Positions 20,619-31,261 are shown, counted from the first letter of the whole stretch. The stretch: 63,599 bases of DNA, filler included, from 7 parts of 7 records of this genome joined end to end with filler, not necessarily neighbours in it, one strand, 5' to 3'. Notes: generated by a model from the sequence alone, not told the origin. Program-made: numbers and translations.

Positions 20619-20651
20619 ATAGAATATAAGGATAGAAGAAAGGAAAAATTA

Positions 20652-21317
20652 ATGAACAAAGCAGATATCGGGCTAATCGGACTTGCGGTAATGGGTGAAA
20701 ATCTAGTAATGAATATGGAAAGCAAAGGCTTTTCGGTTGCAGTATATAATAGAGAAGAAGACAAAACTGAAGAGTTTATTGAAGGACGTGCAAAAGGTAA
20801 AAATATAACTGGTACATATTCAATAGAGGAACTTGTAAGTTGCCTTAAGAAACCAAGAAAAGTTATGATGATGATAAAGGCTGGCAATCCTGTTGATATG
20901 ATAATTGAAAAACTGATACCTTGTCTTGATAAAGGCGATATAATTATAGACGGCGGCAACTCACATTTCCCGGATACAATTCGCCGAACCAAGTATGTTG
21001 AAGAAAATGGTATGTTTTACATCGGTACTGGGGTTTCGGGAGGAGAAGAAGGTGCTTTGAAAGGTCCGAGCATTATGCCGGGTGGATCGCCCGATGCATG
21101 GTCTGGGGTAAAGCCGGTATTTCAGGCAATTGCGGCTAAGGTGAAAGATGTTCCGTGCTGCGATTGGATAGGCTCTGACGGTGCGGGTCATTTTGTCAAG
21201 ATGGTACACAACGGTATTGAGTATGGGGATATGCAGTTAATTTGTGAAGCATATCAGCTGATGAAAGAGCTGCTTGGTATGTCGCCGGATGAAATGCATG
21301 AAGTATTTAAAGAATGG
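20652..21317 (+). CDS. gnd: NADP-dependent 6-phosphogluconate dehydrogenase (3'-truncated)
   Basis: GLIGLAVMG, IDGGN, GVSGGEEGA and GHFVKMVHNGIEYGDMQ signature. Confidence 0.97.
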
Positions 21318-21417
21318 NNNNNNNNNNNNNNNNNNNNNNNNNNNNNNNNNNNNNNNNNNNNTTAATTAATTAANNNNNNNNNNNNNNNNNNNNNNNNNNN
21401 NNNNNNNNNNNNNNNNN
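21318..21417. other. artificial contig linker
   Basis: N44-TTAATTAATTAA-N44. Confidence 0.98.
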
Positions 21418-21562
21418 AAAAAAAGGAACCGGCATCTGCATTGGCAAGTCGTCTGGTCTCATACAAAATGGTATCTAACAAAGAGTCAATATCTTTGATA
21501 TGATTCAAATCATCATTGATGCGCAGCAATTCATGCAATTTATTGTCCGTACCAATCTTCAT
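21418..21562 (-). CDS. 5' fragment of a GAF-domain signalling protein (often GAF-HD-GYP)
   Basis: DIDSLLDTILYETRRLANADAGS is a typical GAF N-terminus. Truncated by the gap. Confidence 0.6.
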
Positions 21563-21690
21563 CGGCGCCCCCTTTCATATATGACTCATCATTCCTGATT
21601 TTTCCGAGACACAATTATTATTGTATGCTAATTAATCCAGAAAAGGGAATAAATCAACCTTTACCTCCATGAAAGGACCTGTAGAACCGC

Positions 21691-22653
21691 ATGAGTGATA
21701 TTGCCGGACGATCGTTTAGCTTCAATTGGTTTACCTCCCCGGTGGTGGGAACCGAGCCTGGTAACAATGAATCTCAAAATCAGATACGATGGGGAGAAAT
21801 GCCCGCCTCTACCCGACAAAGCCGGATTAAAGGCATTGTTCTTCTTCTCAATGGACGAACGGAATTCATGGAAAAATATCTCATCCCGTCCCGTCGGTTG
21901 GCAAAGATGGGGTATCATGTATTCAGTATGGATTGGCGGGGACAGGGAGGGTCGTTAAGAGAGCTTCCCAATCGCCACAAAGGGTATGTGAGAGATTTTG
22001 ACCATTATGTTCAGGATCTCGATACCTTTTTTTACCGGTTCGTTGCTCCCCGAAATCTTCCCGTCACCATCATGGCCCACTCCATGGGAGGTCATATTGT
22101 ACTCAGATATCTGATGGGCAAAGCAACCGAAGATGCCATTCCCCCCGCCATAAATAAAGCGCTGTTACTCTCTCCCATGCTCGATATCCGGACATCCCCG
22201 TTCCCCAAGCCGTTGGCCCTTTTTTTATCTGATATGGCCGTCCGTTTCGGCATGGAAAAATCATATGCCTTGGGAAGCCCCGGGGATTATTCCCCCAATA
22301 GGGTTCGATTTGAAAACAACCCGTTGACCCATGATCGAGACCGTTTTTTTATCGAGCATGGGGCAATCGAAAAAAATTCCCATCTTGCCCTGGGAGGGGT
22401 CACCTGGGGATGGCTGAAACAGGCGTTTGATTCCATTGAAATGATTCAATGTAAAAAACGACTTGCCGAAATTCCCACGCCGATCCTCATCGCCAGTGCA
22501 GCCGAAGATAAAGTCGTCTGTAATCGTGCCCATCAAAATGCGGCAAAGCATCTTCCCAATGGCACCCTGATTACAATTCCCGGAGCACTTCATGAGATCG
22601 TTTTTGAAACAGAAGCTATCAGCGAGCAACTTTGGCGGCAGCTGCCGATATGA
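21691..22653 (+). CDS. alpha/beta hydrolase, lysophospholipase L2 (PldB)-like
   Basis: GRTEFMEKY, DWRGQGGS, AHSMGG nucleophile elbow, EDKVV and ALHEI. Confidence 0.88.
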   Translation: MSDIAGRSFSFNWFTSPVVGTEPGNNESQNQIRWGEMPASTRQSRIKGIVLLLNGRTEFMEKYLIPSRRLAKMGYHVFSMDWRGQGGSLRELPNRHKGYVRDFDHYVQDLDTFFYRFVAPRNLPVTIMAHSMGGHIVLRYLMGKATEDAIPPAINKALLLSPMLDIRTSPFPKPLALFLSDMAVRFGMEKSYALGSPGDYSPNRVRFENNPLTHDRDRFFIEHGAIEKNSHLALGGVTWGWLKQAFDSIEMIQCKKRLAEIPTPILIASAAEDKVVCNRAHQNAAKHLPNGTLITIPGALHEIVFETEAISEQLWRQLPI

Positions 22654-22688
22654 TTCATCATTAAAGTGATGGGGATCGAAGCGATTCA

Positions 22689-23599
22689 TTATGGTTTTGT
22701 CAGAAAGGCATGACTTTCAAGATTGAAGAGAATATCGTTTTCCCAGTAGGCTTGCTCCAGCTTTTTCTGGTGATCGATCAAGGCGTCCCCCTCTTTTCCG
22801 CCAATGCGTGGACAAGATAGTTAATCAGACAGGAAAGGGTCGTCGGGCTCCCGAGGAAGGGGATGCTGGTCATGGGGGCGATCAAATGGTGATCACTGAA
22901 CTGAATCAGAGGGCAGGCATCACTGTCCGTCAAAAGAATCAATGTGATCCCCTGTCGTCTGATAAATTTTCCGATCCGGATCAATTCATTGGGATACCGG
23001 GACATCCCCACAATGACCACCACCGATTCCGCAGGAGCGATGGCAAGAAAATCGATGGCGGTTCGATCGGACCCTTTGAGAGTGGTGATGTTTTGCCTAA
23101 CCTTGGTCATGGCCCACCCCATGTAGTAGGCCGGTGCATAGGAAAGCCGTGAGCCGATGACGAACAGATGCGCTGCGGCATCCATCAGATCAATAATCTT
23201 TTCCGCATCGGCGCTGGCCACATTGCCGGCCAGCAGTTTTAGATTCTCGATCTCTTTTAGAATGACCCGGTTCAGTTTTCCGTTTTGATGCTCAATGTCA
23301 TCGGTGGATATTCGACTCCGCTCCATTAAGGTCAACCCCGTGTCAATATGATCCCTGAGGCGCCGGATAAAAACGGCATAACTGTCATATCCCAATTGCC
23401 TGACGAAACGCACCACGGTGGCTTCACTGACACCCACCGCCGCCGCCAGTTCTCTTGTGGTCATAAACACGGCATTTTGAGGGGCTTTCATGACGTAGTC
23501 GGCGATTTTTTTACTTTTCGGGGTCAACTCATCGGATGTGGCATCAATCACTTTTTCCAGAGTCGCTCTCTCACTGTTCATTTTTAATTCCTTACCCAT
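22689..23599 (-). CDS. MurR/RpiR family transcriptional regulator (HTH + SIS), frameshift at C-run 22787-22791
   Basis: RELAAAVGVSEATVVRF..LGYDSY HTH and an SIS domain. One extra G extends the C-terminus to ...DHQKKLEQAYWENDILFNLESHAFLTKP*. Confidence 0.9.
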
Positions 23600-23850
23600 T
23601 TACACATATATTCATTACCCATTTTCGGTTTTCATGAATGACACGCCATGTGTGTCATAACAAGCGCTCACTGAAACAAATTCAGTTTTTTTACAACAGA
23701 TGATTGTTTTTTGCAATACACGATATCATAAATATAAAAACATTTTTATGTGTAAAAAAATTAGTGATTTCAATATGATCTTTAAGGTAAGCATTTGAAA
23801 GACCATATTTTTTCAAATTTTTTGTTTCTATTTTCTACTATTCCGATTTA

Positions 23851-23932
23851 TTGACAGTTTAGATTTGTAAGCATATATTTCATTATGAAATATAAATGTT
23901 CATAATTGACAAAAATCAGTTCTTTCTATAAT
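23851..23932 (+). promoter_or_regulatory. sigma70-type promoter(s) with overlapping palindromic operator upstream of the GlmS-like gene
   Basis: TTGACA(23851)-N17-TATATT(23874) and a second TTGACA(23906)-N15-TATAAT(23927). Palindromes TATATTTCAT-T-ATGAAATATA (23874-23894) and ATTATGAA-N9-TTCATAAT (23882-23906). GGAGG RBS at 23986. Confidence 0.65.
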
Positions 23933-23999
23933 AGATCTCCAATTGACCCGGTGAAGACTCAAAAGAGTAATGTGAATATATTTTTGGAGGACATTTGTC

Positions 24000-26900
24000 A
24001 TGTGCGGTGTTGTATCCTATTTTGGAAGTGATCCCGATGTCATCTCACGTATCATTACAGGGATGTCTGCCATCATCTACCGTGCACCCGACAGTACGGG
24101 CATTGGTACGTTCGGCAATCTCTCCGAACCCATCGTCATGAAAAAATGTTTGGGATCGGTTTCCAATCTGATCCCGGTTTTGCTGGAACATCCCTGCTAC
24201 GGCCATACCGCACCGCTGATCAAAACCCTGTGGAAAGATTTCGGAGAGATGACATCGGGTGAAATGCAAAAAAGATTGATAACGTTCGAGCATCTTTCAA
24301 CCGCTTCCTACGACGCCGTTTCCAACGAGGAATTATGCTATCTTACCCATTTTGATCTGATGACCCGGGACTATGAAGGCAATGCAAATCAAAATTTCAG
24401 CTCGCTGTTACCACTCATTCCCGGCACCCCGGGACGCCCCACGCCCCTTGTGCCGTTTCAAATTCGCTCGAGAAACGATTTTAGAAAGATGATAGCGACT
24501 CTGACCACCACATATAATTGTTCCGCCGTAGCAATTAAATCTCTCTTGCGGGAAGAGTTAAACAAAAGGTATCGGATTCGACTCTCCGATCCTGATCAAC
24601 AATCAACACAGCAGAACGACTTCAACGGTGTCACCCAGGCCGATATCTTCAATGCATTTGACTATCTTTTTCTCAAGACCGTTGAAGAGTTAAGGCCTGT
24701 CGTCAATAAAGAGAGAGATAACTTCAAGCGATTTTACATCAATCCCCATGCAAAAAAAGCGTTGTGGAAGTTGATCTCATCCATGAGAATTCAAGTTCCA
24801 AACGATTTTGATACCGACGGAATCCGCTATGTGTTCAGAGTCATCGATGCCGCTTTACTCACGGGAATCTCATTTCAACCGGGTCTATTGGAGAACATTC
24901 AATGGGCATTTGAGAAGAGCATTCGTCATCATTATGATCATGGTCATGTCAATGCGCATGGGAGTGGGAATGTGCCGTCGGCATCAAATTCGAAAACGTC
25001 CGGACAAAATAATTCCGATGACCAAAGCGGCGTTAAAGTCGATTGGCTGACACTCTATGCGGTAGAGCGGGCACTCAATGTGTTTGGTGTGGCTGCGGCA
25101 TGTGCGCTGGATTGGTGTATTACCCATCGTCTCTTTTCCGAATCCGTCAACAGCAAAAAAGAGATTGTCAATCATCCGGATTTGCCCCATGCATTGACGG
25201 ATCCCATTCGTCTTGAATCTATTGAATCGGAGTCGATAACGGCCCACGCAGACCGGATGAATACCCGTAAAGGCATCAGCAACAATGCTCATTCAATCGC
25301 CTCAACATCCCTTCCTCTATCTACTGTCCTGAGCTACTTGAATCCCCCCATGATCGCCCACGGCAGATGGGCCTTGCAATCTTCCGTCACTGTCGACAAT
25401 GCCCATCCTTTTGTCGATCAAGCCGGTCAGCGGAGCATTGCTCTAAACGGTCAGTTTTCTCTGGATGTCGAGGAAGAGATGAAAACCTTTTTGGTGAATG
25501 TGGCAAACATCCCTCTGAAAACCGATAATTCCGGAGAGTACATGGCACTTTTTTGGGGCTACTACTATGAAACCATGATCCGGGAAAAGCAGCAATACCA
25601 GGAAATCAGAAGTCAGGTTGATCTGGATCTGGACAGCTACGGCATCGGAAGCAATACCGTCAATTTTCAGATCCTCAATCTTTTGAAAGACAAAAGTGCA
25701 GCTGATATCGATGCCTTGGCATTTATCCGTGCAGCAGAACTTTTTACACGTAAAGGGGGACAAATTGCAGTTGTCGGCATCAGCATGATCTCTCCGGGGA
25801 CGATTTTCGCAGCTGCCAGTAACCGCCCACTCTTTATTGTGAAACGGGCCGATAAAGATTCATTCATGGTTGTATCGGATATCAATGCGGCATTGGGTCT
25901 CTTTTCTCAGGAAGAAATTCTTCAGATCACCCAGGAGTATGATGCCCTCGTGACAGAGCGGGACAAACAACTTCAAGAATCCGATCCAACAAAAAACTGG
26001 GAAGCGGAGTGGGAGGTATTGAATGCGAAGTTTAACGAAGATGCGGATAAAATTCTGTCTCAATTCAAAGTGCTGATGTACACCTTGGAAGGAAAGGATC
26101 TTTTTGCAAAAATCGACACAAGACTTGAAAAGGGGAGGGAGGAAGTTACAGGCAATGTCGAAAGGCGTGTGACCATCACCGATTTTGAGGGCAATGAGGT
26201 GCATGATATTATTCCGGAATACTTGAACCTTACCCCGCCCCATGTCCATAAGGATCTGGAGCTGTCCTTTTTCGAATCCCACATGCAACAGATTCCCGAA
26301 CTGCTTGAAACCATGTGTGACACTGTTCTCGATACGGAAAACGCCATTCAGCCCATTCAGGTGAACAAAAAAATCTTGCTGAGAAGATTCGGCAGCCAAA
26401 TGAGTGGACTCAAACGCATCTTTCTCATTGGAATGGGCAGCTCCCACCATACCGCCATTAATGCCGCCCCGTTGATTCGAAGCCTCATGCCGGGGATTCA
26501 GATCATCTGCACCCGGCCTGTGGATCTACCCTATATTGCCCGCAGGATCTCTTCCGATCAGGATCTGGTGCTGATGCTGAGCTGGAGCGCCACCACCGCC
26601 GATATGGTGGATTGCGCAAAAAAACTTCGTCAGATGGGAACGATCACCATCGGTATCACGGAGAAAACCGTTGGCGACCTTGCGCTGATTACTCGAAAGA
26701 GCGGAGGAACGGTTCAAGCCATGAGCGGCGAAGAGGTGACGGTGCCTGCGGTGAAAAGCCCCTTTTGCATGATGATGGCCACTCAGCTTTTTGCCCTCTG
26801 GTTCAAACAGCATCTTCTTCTGGAAGAACCGGATCAGACCATTTACGCACAAATGAGACAGATTCCCATTGAAATTGATTCTTTAATGTCCAACCGGACA

Positions 26901-28901
26901 TTCATGAACGATATCCACTCCCTTGCCTTTGACATCGCAGCAAAGGAGAGTGTACTGATTGTAGACAATCTGAATGAATCCGCAGTGGCCCGGGACGCAG
27001 CACTGAAAATCGAAGAGATGAGCTGGACCTTTAAAGGCAGATGCGTAGATTACTCCGAGCTTCCTTTGGCGTTGATTCGGGGAAATAGAGAAAAGATGTT
27101 CATCATCGTCAATGCCACCAGCGAGGAGAGGCGGTTCGATGCCATCGGTGCCATGATGCACCTTCACCGGGAAGGGGCTGATTTCATTACTCTGACATGG
27201 GAGATGCGGGAATCGGATCAAATTGAAAAAATGAGCCGTCAGGTCATTCGCATCCCAAGACTTCCGGATCACATGCAACCGTATGCGGATCTCATCTTTT
27301 ACTACCAGTTCGCCTTCTACTCGGGTCGGGCCCGGGGCCGGATCGATGACGACTATCCGAGAAACAGAGCCAAGTCCGTCACCACATCCCGCTCAGCGCC
27401 GGTGTTTGAATTTGCTCCCCAAACCGAGCTGTTCAATATTCGACATCGAGAAGCGCTCTTCGATGAAACGCGCTTCCGTCATGGCCGGTCATCCGAATCC
27501 GAGAATTTTGACACATCAGAAATTGATGAAAACAACAAAATTAGTCAATCCGCTCTTCATTTTGGAACTAGGTTCGCTTGGGAGCGCCATACCCATCTGT
27601 TTCACCATCAAACCCTATCGACATTTGACCATTTCAAACGCATCGGCCAGGCCATTCTATCGGAAAATCCCCTGGATGCTTTGATGGGGCACTTCCCGTC
27701 ATCCCAAATGGATGAGCTGGCAGCGCACCTGTTCGACGGTGACGGCGATGGAGAGATCTGCTTTTACCCTCTGGATTCCATATCAAAGGGAGCGGTCGAA
27801 CAGACGATCATGGCATCTGCCCGATATTTCCCGATAATGATGCGATGTGCCCATCCGGGCGAATCTTCCGACGGTTTGCCGGCTGAAACCGTGATTGTGT
27901 TTGTTTCAGCCACCGAATATAACAATCCCCCGGATTCTTGGTGCCATGCCGATGTCACCCAAAAAATATGGCTTACGCCCAATGCCGCCGACCGCAATAG
28001 AAACAGCGTACCCTTTTCCATTGTCATGGTTCATTTTGCGGAATCCTTCGAAAAGGTGGATCATTGTCTCATATACACTGCCTTGATGCAGCTTTTGTTG
28101 ACCGTATGGTCCCAAAGTAATCGTGAAGACGGCTCTTTGCTGCTCAATCATTTCAAGCATGGCGCAGATGTCATTTCCACGATATTGAACAACGAATCAC
28201 TCTTTGATGAAATCAAGGAAGTGGCAAGAAGAAATCAGACGTATCACTCCCTTCTCTATCTCTCTCCACCGGATGGGAGCGGGTATGGGTTCACCTCCCA
28301 TTTTGACGAAAGCGGAAGCTGTTTTGCCCAATGGGAATCTTTTGGAAGCAGCGCCCATGGAGCACTGGTCACCGTGGACAGCGATGTGGCCACGAAATAT
28401 ACTCTGCTGGAATCAAAGGGGAAAATGATCGAAAAATACGGCAAAGAGCAAATCCAAATCTGGGAGAAGAAATATCTTCAGGGAAAAGATGTGGATACCT
28501 TTCTTGACACCGTACCGACCACTTCGGGTCATCTGGTCAACTCTCCGTTTTTCAGTGAAGGGGCATGGTACCTGCCGCTTCTTCGACCGGAATATGACGT
28601 GTCTCAAGACAACCTGATCATTCTGAACGCCTCAAATGAGTTCTTTTTCAATCATGCCATTGATGATTTAACGGTATTTGGTTGCCGTCATGCCCGGATG
28701 GTGGTGATCAGTCAGGAATATTTCATCAACAAACCGGAAAAAAAAGCACTGGAGTTGTTTCCATTTTCCGGAATGCTCTTCATCCCATCGTTGAAGGGGG
28801 ATGATCGTCCGGTGCCGCTTTCCGATTGCCACCTCCCATTTGCAGAGGGACTCATTGCCGCAGCATTGTCGGATCTGCTGTCTGATCGACACAATACCTG
28901 A
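24000..28901 (+). CDS. giant (1633 aa) GlmS-like class II glutamine amidotransferase / multi-SIS-domain protein
   Basis: N-terminal MCG, YRAPDSTG, AHGRWA, NAHP and LNG glutaminase motifs. SIS motifs GMGSSHH, SWSATTAD, EEVTVPAVKS, ALKIEEMS and PRNRAKSVT, followed by about 500 extra residues. Confidence 0.85.
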   Translation: MCGVVSYFGSDPDVISRIITGMSAIIYRAPDSTGIGTFGNLSEPIVMKKCLGSVSNLIPVLLEHPCYGHTAPLIKTLWKDFGEMTSGEMQKRLITFEHLSTASYDAVSNEELCYLTHFDLMTRDYEGNANQNFSSLLPLIPGTPGRPTPLVPFQIRSRNDFRKMIATLTTTYNCSAVAIKSLLREELNKRYRIRLSDPDQQSTQQNDFNGVTQADIFNAFDYLFLKTVEELRPVVNKERDNFKRFYINPHAKKALWKLISSMRIQVPNDFDTDGIRYVFRVIDAALLTGISFQPGLLENIQWAFEKSIRHHYDHGHVNAHGSGNVPSASNSKTSGQNNSDDQSGVKVDWLTLYAVERALNVFGVAAACALDWCITHRLFSESVNSKKEIVNHPDLPHALTDPIRLESIESESITAHADRMNTRKGISNNAHSIASTSLPLSTVLSYLNPPMIAHGRWALQSSVTVDNAHPFVDQAGQRSIALNGQFSLDVEEEMKTFLVNVANIPLKTDNSGEYMALFWGYYYETMIREKQQYQEIRSQVDLDLDSYGIGSNTVNFQILNLLKDKSAADIDALAFIRAAELFTRKGGQIAVVGISMISPGTIFAAASNRPLFIVKRADKDSFMVVSDINAALGLFSQEEILQITQEYDALVTERDKQLQESDPTKNWEAEWEVLNAKFNEDADKILSQFKVLMYTLEGKDLFAKIDTRLEKGREEVTGNVERRVTITDFEGNEVHDIIPEYLNLTPPHVHKDLELSFFESHMQQIPELLETMCDTVLDTENAIQPIQVNKKILLRRFGSQMSGLKRIFLIGMGSSHHTAINAAPLIRSLMPGIQIICTRPVDLPYIARRISSDQDLVLMLSWSATTADMVDCAKKLRQMGTITIGITEKTVGDLALITRKSGGTVQAMSGEEVTVPAVKSPFCMMMATQLFALWFKQHLLLEEPDQTIYAQMRQIPIEIDSLMSNRTFMNDIHSLAFDIAAKESVLIVDNLNESAVARDAALKIEEMSWTFKGRCVDYSELPLALIRGNREKMFIIVNATSEERRFDAIGAMMHLHREGADFITLTWEMRESDQIEKMSRQVIRIPRLPDHMQPYADLIFYYQFAFYSGRARGRIDDDYPRNRAKSVTTSRSAPVFEFAPQTELFNIRHREALFDETRFRHGRSSESENFDTSEIDENNKISQSALHFGTRFAWERHTHLFHHQTLSTFDHFKRIGQAILSENPLDALMGHFPSSQMDELAAHLFDGDGDGEICFYPLDSISKGAVEQTIMASARYFPIMMRCAHPGESSDGLPAETVIVFVSATEYNNPPDSWCHADVTQKIWLTPNAADRNRNSVPFSIVMVHFAESFEKVDHCLIYTALMQLLLTVWSQSNREDGSLLLNHFKHGADVISTILNNESLFDEIKEVARRNQTYHSLLYLSPPDGSGYGFTSHFDESGSCFAQWESFGSSAHGALVTVDSDVATKYTLLESKGKMIEKYGKEQIQIWEKKYLQGKDVDTFLDTVPTTSGHLVNSPFFSEGAWYLPLLRPEYDVSQDNLIILNASNEFFFNHAIDDLTVFGCRHARMVVISQEYFINKPEKKALELFPFSGMLFIPSLKGDDRPVPLSDCHLPFAEGLIAAALSDLLSDRHNT

Positions 28902-29101
28902 TGCATTCGATATTGTATCGATTTTTTGAGTGGTGCTTGGCTTTTTTTGAAACCGATTCGGTTTTAAAACTTTGCTGACATCAAGGCAAGGTGGCCGTTT
29001 GGGGCAGAACAGACCCAGTATCCCCTCTGCCTCCAGTATTTGCGTTAACAGCCTAAGGTTTTCCGGCAGGCGTATGGTCAACCACCAATACCTGGAACGA
29101 A

Positions 29102-31161
29102 TCAGGTTTCTTCCGGACATGATCTTTCATTTTTTTCACCTTTTGAATTTGAGTCAGGAATCTCCAGCAAGGCAATCAGGCTCTGGAAGTCGTACCTGTC
29201 GGCAAACGACGCCAGTGCTGCGCCAATAGAAGGATCCAGTTCCTTGATTTTTGCCACCACCTTTAGAACCATGGCCTGGTTCAGCCTGAGGACTGCCCGC
29301 TGTAACTGCTCCCGCAGTTCCTTGGGCAGGATGGCCGTTAGCTGTTCAGAAGTTATCTCCTTCTGCGGGGCCGGTGGTTCTTTGTCTTCCTCATACACAT
29401 AGCTTACACCAAGATGGTTTGCCATCACCTCGAAGATCTCGTGCTCACGGTACGGTTTGGACAAAAAATCATTACATCCCGCCGCCAGAATATCCTCTTG
29501 CTTATCGTCCAGGGCATGGGCGGTAAGTGCTGCAATGACGACCTCCTTCCCATTCTGCATGGCCCTGATCTGCCGGGTCGCTGCCAGCCCGTTCATCACC
29601 GGCATCCGAATATCCATCCAGATGAACCCGGGCTTCCAGTCTGAGAATGCTGCCACGGCTTCTCTGCCATCTTTGGCCCCCCGGACCTCGAACCCTGTTT
29701 CCGTGAGCAAGGTCATGAGGAGCGTACGGTTGTCGTCGTTGTCATCTGCAATCAATATCCTGGGAATCTTCTGTTTTGGTGCGAGGGCCACCACCCGGTG
29801 CTTGCGTTCACTTGTAGGAAGATCGGCAGATCGTGCTTCCCTGATGTTGATTTCCAAACGAAATGTACTGCCCTTACCGACCACGCTGTCAAAGGTGATG
29901 TCCCCTCCCATAAGACGGGCATATTCCCTGGAAATGGCCAATCCCAGCCCCATGGCTCATGTTAGCCAGAAAAGTGCTTTTAGCCAGGTTGGCTACCTCG
30001 GCTTTTTCTCTGGCGTTGTCTGCGGCCTCCTTTGCTTTGGCAAGTTCGGCCGTCCGGTGAACAACCCGCTGGTCCAGCTCTTTGTTAAGCTTGAAAAGTG
30101 CTTCTTCCGCCTGTTTACGCTCCGTGATATCCGAGAGGAAACCTTCCAGGTAGCTCAACCGGCCCCTGGCGTCCCTGGCCGCACGCACATTTAATGAAAC
30201 CCAAAGCGTACTTCCATTCTTTTTGTAAAATCTGGTTTCAAAATCCGAAACCGTATCACTGACATCGAACCTGCGGATCAACTCGTCCCGCTGAGCGGGG
30301 TCCACATACAAATCCCTGGCAAGATTGGAGACGCGTTTCATTAGATCGTCGGAGTCGATATGGCCCAGGATACTTGCCATGGAAGGGCTGGCGCTGATAA
30401 AGCGCCCCTCGAGTGTTGTCTGAAAGATCCCTTCAACAGCGTTTTCAAATATGCTGCGGTACTTTTCTTCCGCTGTTTTAAGTTCCTTCATTTGTGTCTT
30501 CAGCCTGCCGGTCATTTCATTGAAAGCCTTGGAAAGCTGTCCGATCTCATCACGGCTTTTGATATCAACGGTTTTATCCAGATCCCCCATCCTGATCTCG
30601 TTGGCCGTTTTTGTCAGGGTGTTGATCGGTTTAATCACCGAAAGCCAGATAATAGTAATTACGATCAATAGTAGCATAAGGCTTGCCCCTGTGGCGCCAC
30701 GAAGAAAATCCCGGCGGTATTGGGGAAGCATCTTTAGAATCTCCTCTTCAGGAAGGACGATTGCGAAGTACCAGTCAAGAAAATCCAGCTTATACGCAAA
30801 CAAGTACTGGGTTTTTCCTTCAGTAAGATAACGGTCATAGTTTAATCGGCGCTCCGGGGTGTTGAAATCGACAATTTTTGCAATAACCCGTGACAGTTCA
30901 GGGTCTCCCAGATCGGACGTACTCAGTAGGGTGCCCATCTCAGCGGATTTCAGCAGCCTATCCAGGTACTTGGGATGGACAACGATATTCTTCCCGTGGT
31001 CAAAGATGAATCCGTAACCGCTCTTAAAATACTTTTGATTTAAAATTTTAGCGTATACCTCATCCAAAACCACATCATGCCCCACAACACCCAAAAACCG
31101 GTTGTCGATGTAAATCGGCGCAATGATGCTTGTCATCCAATGTTTCCATATGGAATCATAA
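29102..31161 (-). pseudogene. hybrid sensor kinase (dCache-HAMP-PAS-HisKA-HATPase-REC) with internal deletion, 5'-truncated by contig end
   Basis: H-box FLANMSH runs directly, out of frame, into the G2 box GLGLAISREYARLMGG at about 29950. The rest of HisKA and the N/G1 boxes are absent. REC domain (ADD...MDIRMPVMNG...KP) is intact. Confidence 0.75.
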
Positions 31162-31261
31162 NNNNNNNNNNNNNNNNNNNNNNNNNNNNNNNNNNNNNNN
31201 NNNNNTTAATTAATTAANNNNNNNNNNNNNNNNNNNNNNNNNNNNNNNNNNNNNNNNNNNN
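31162..31261. other. artificial contig linker
   Basis: N44-TTAATTAATTAA-N44. Confidence 0.98.

Noticed and set aside
24150-25350. Insertion in the GlmS-like glutaminase domain as an intein
   Set aside because: I could not find intein splice-junction motifs (C/S start, HN followed by C/S/T) or LAGLIDADG motifs in the insertion.
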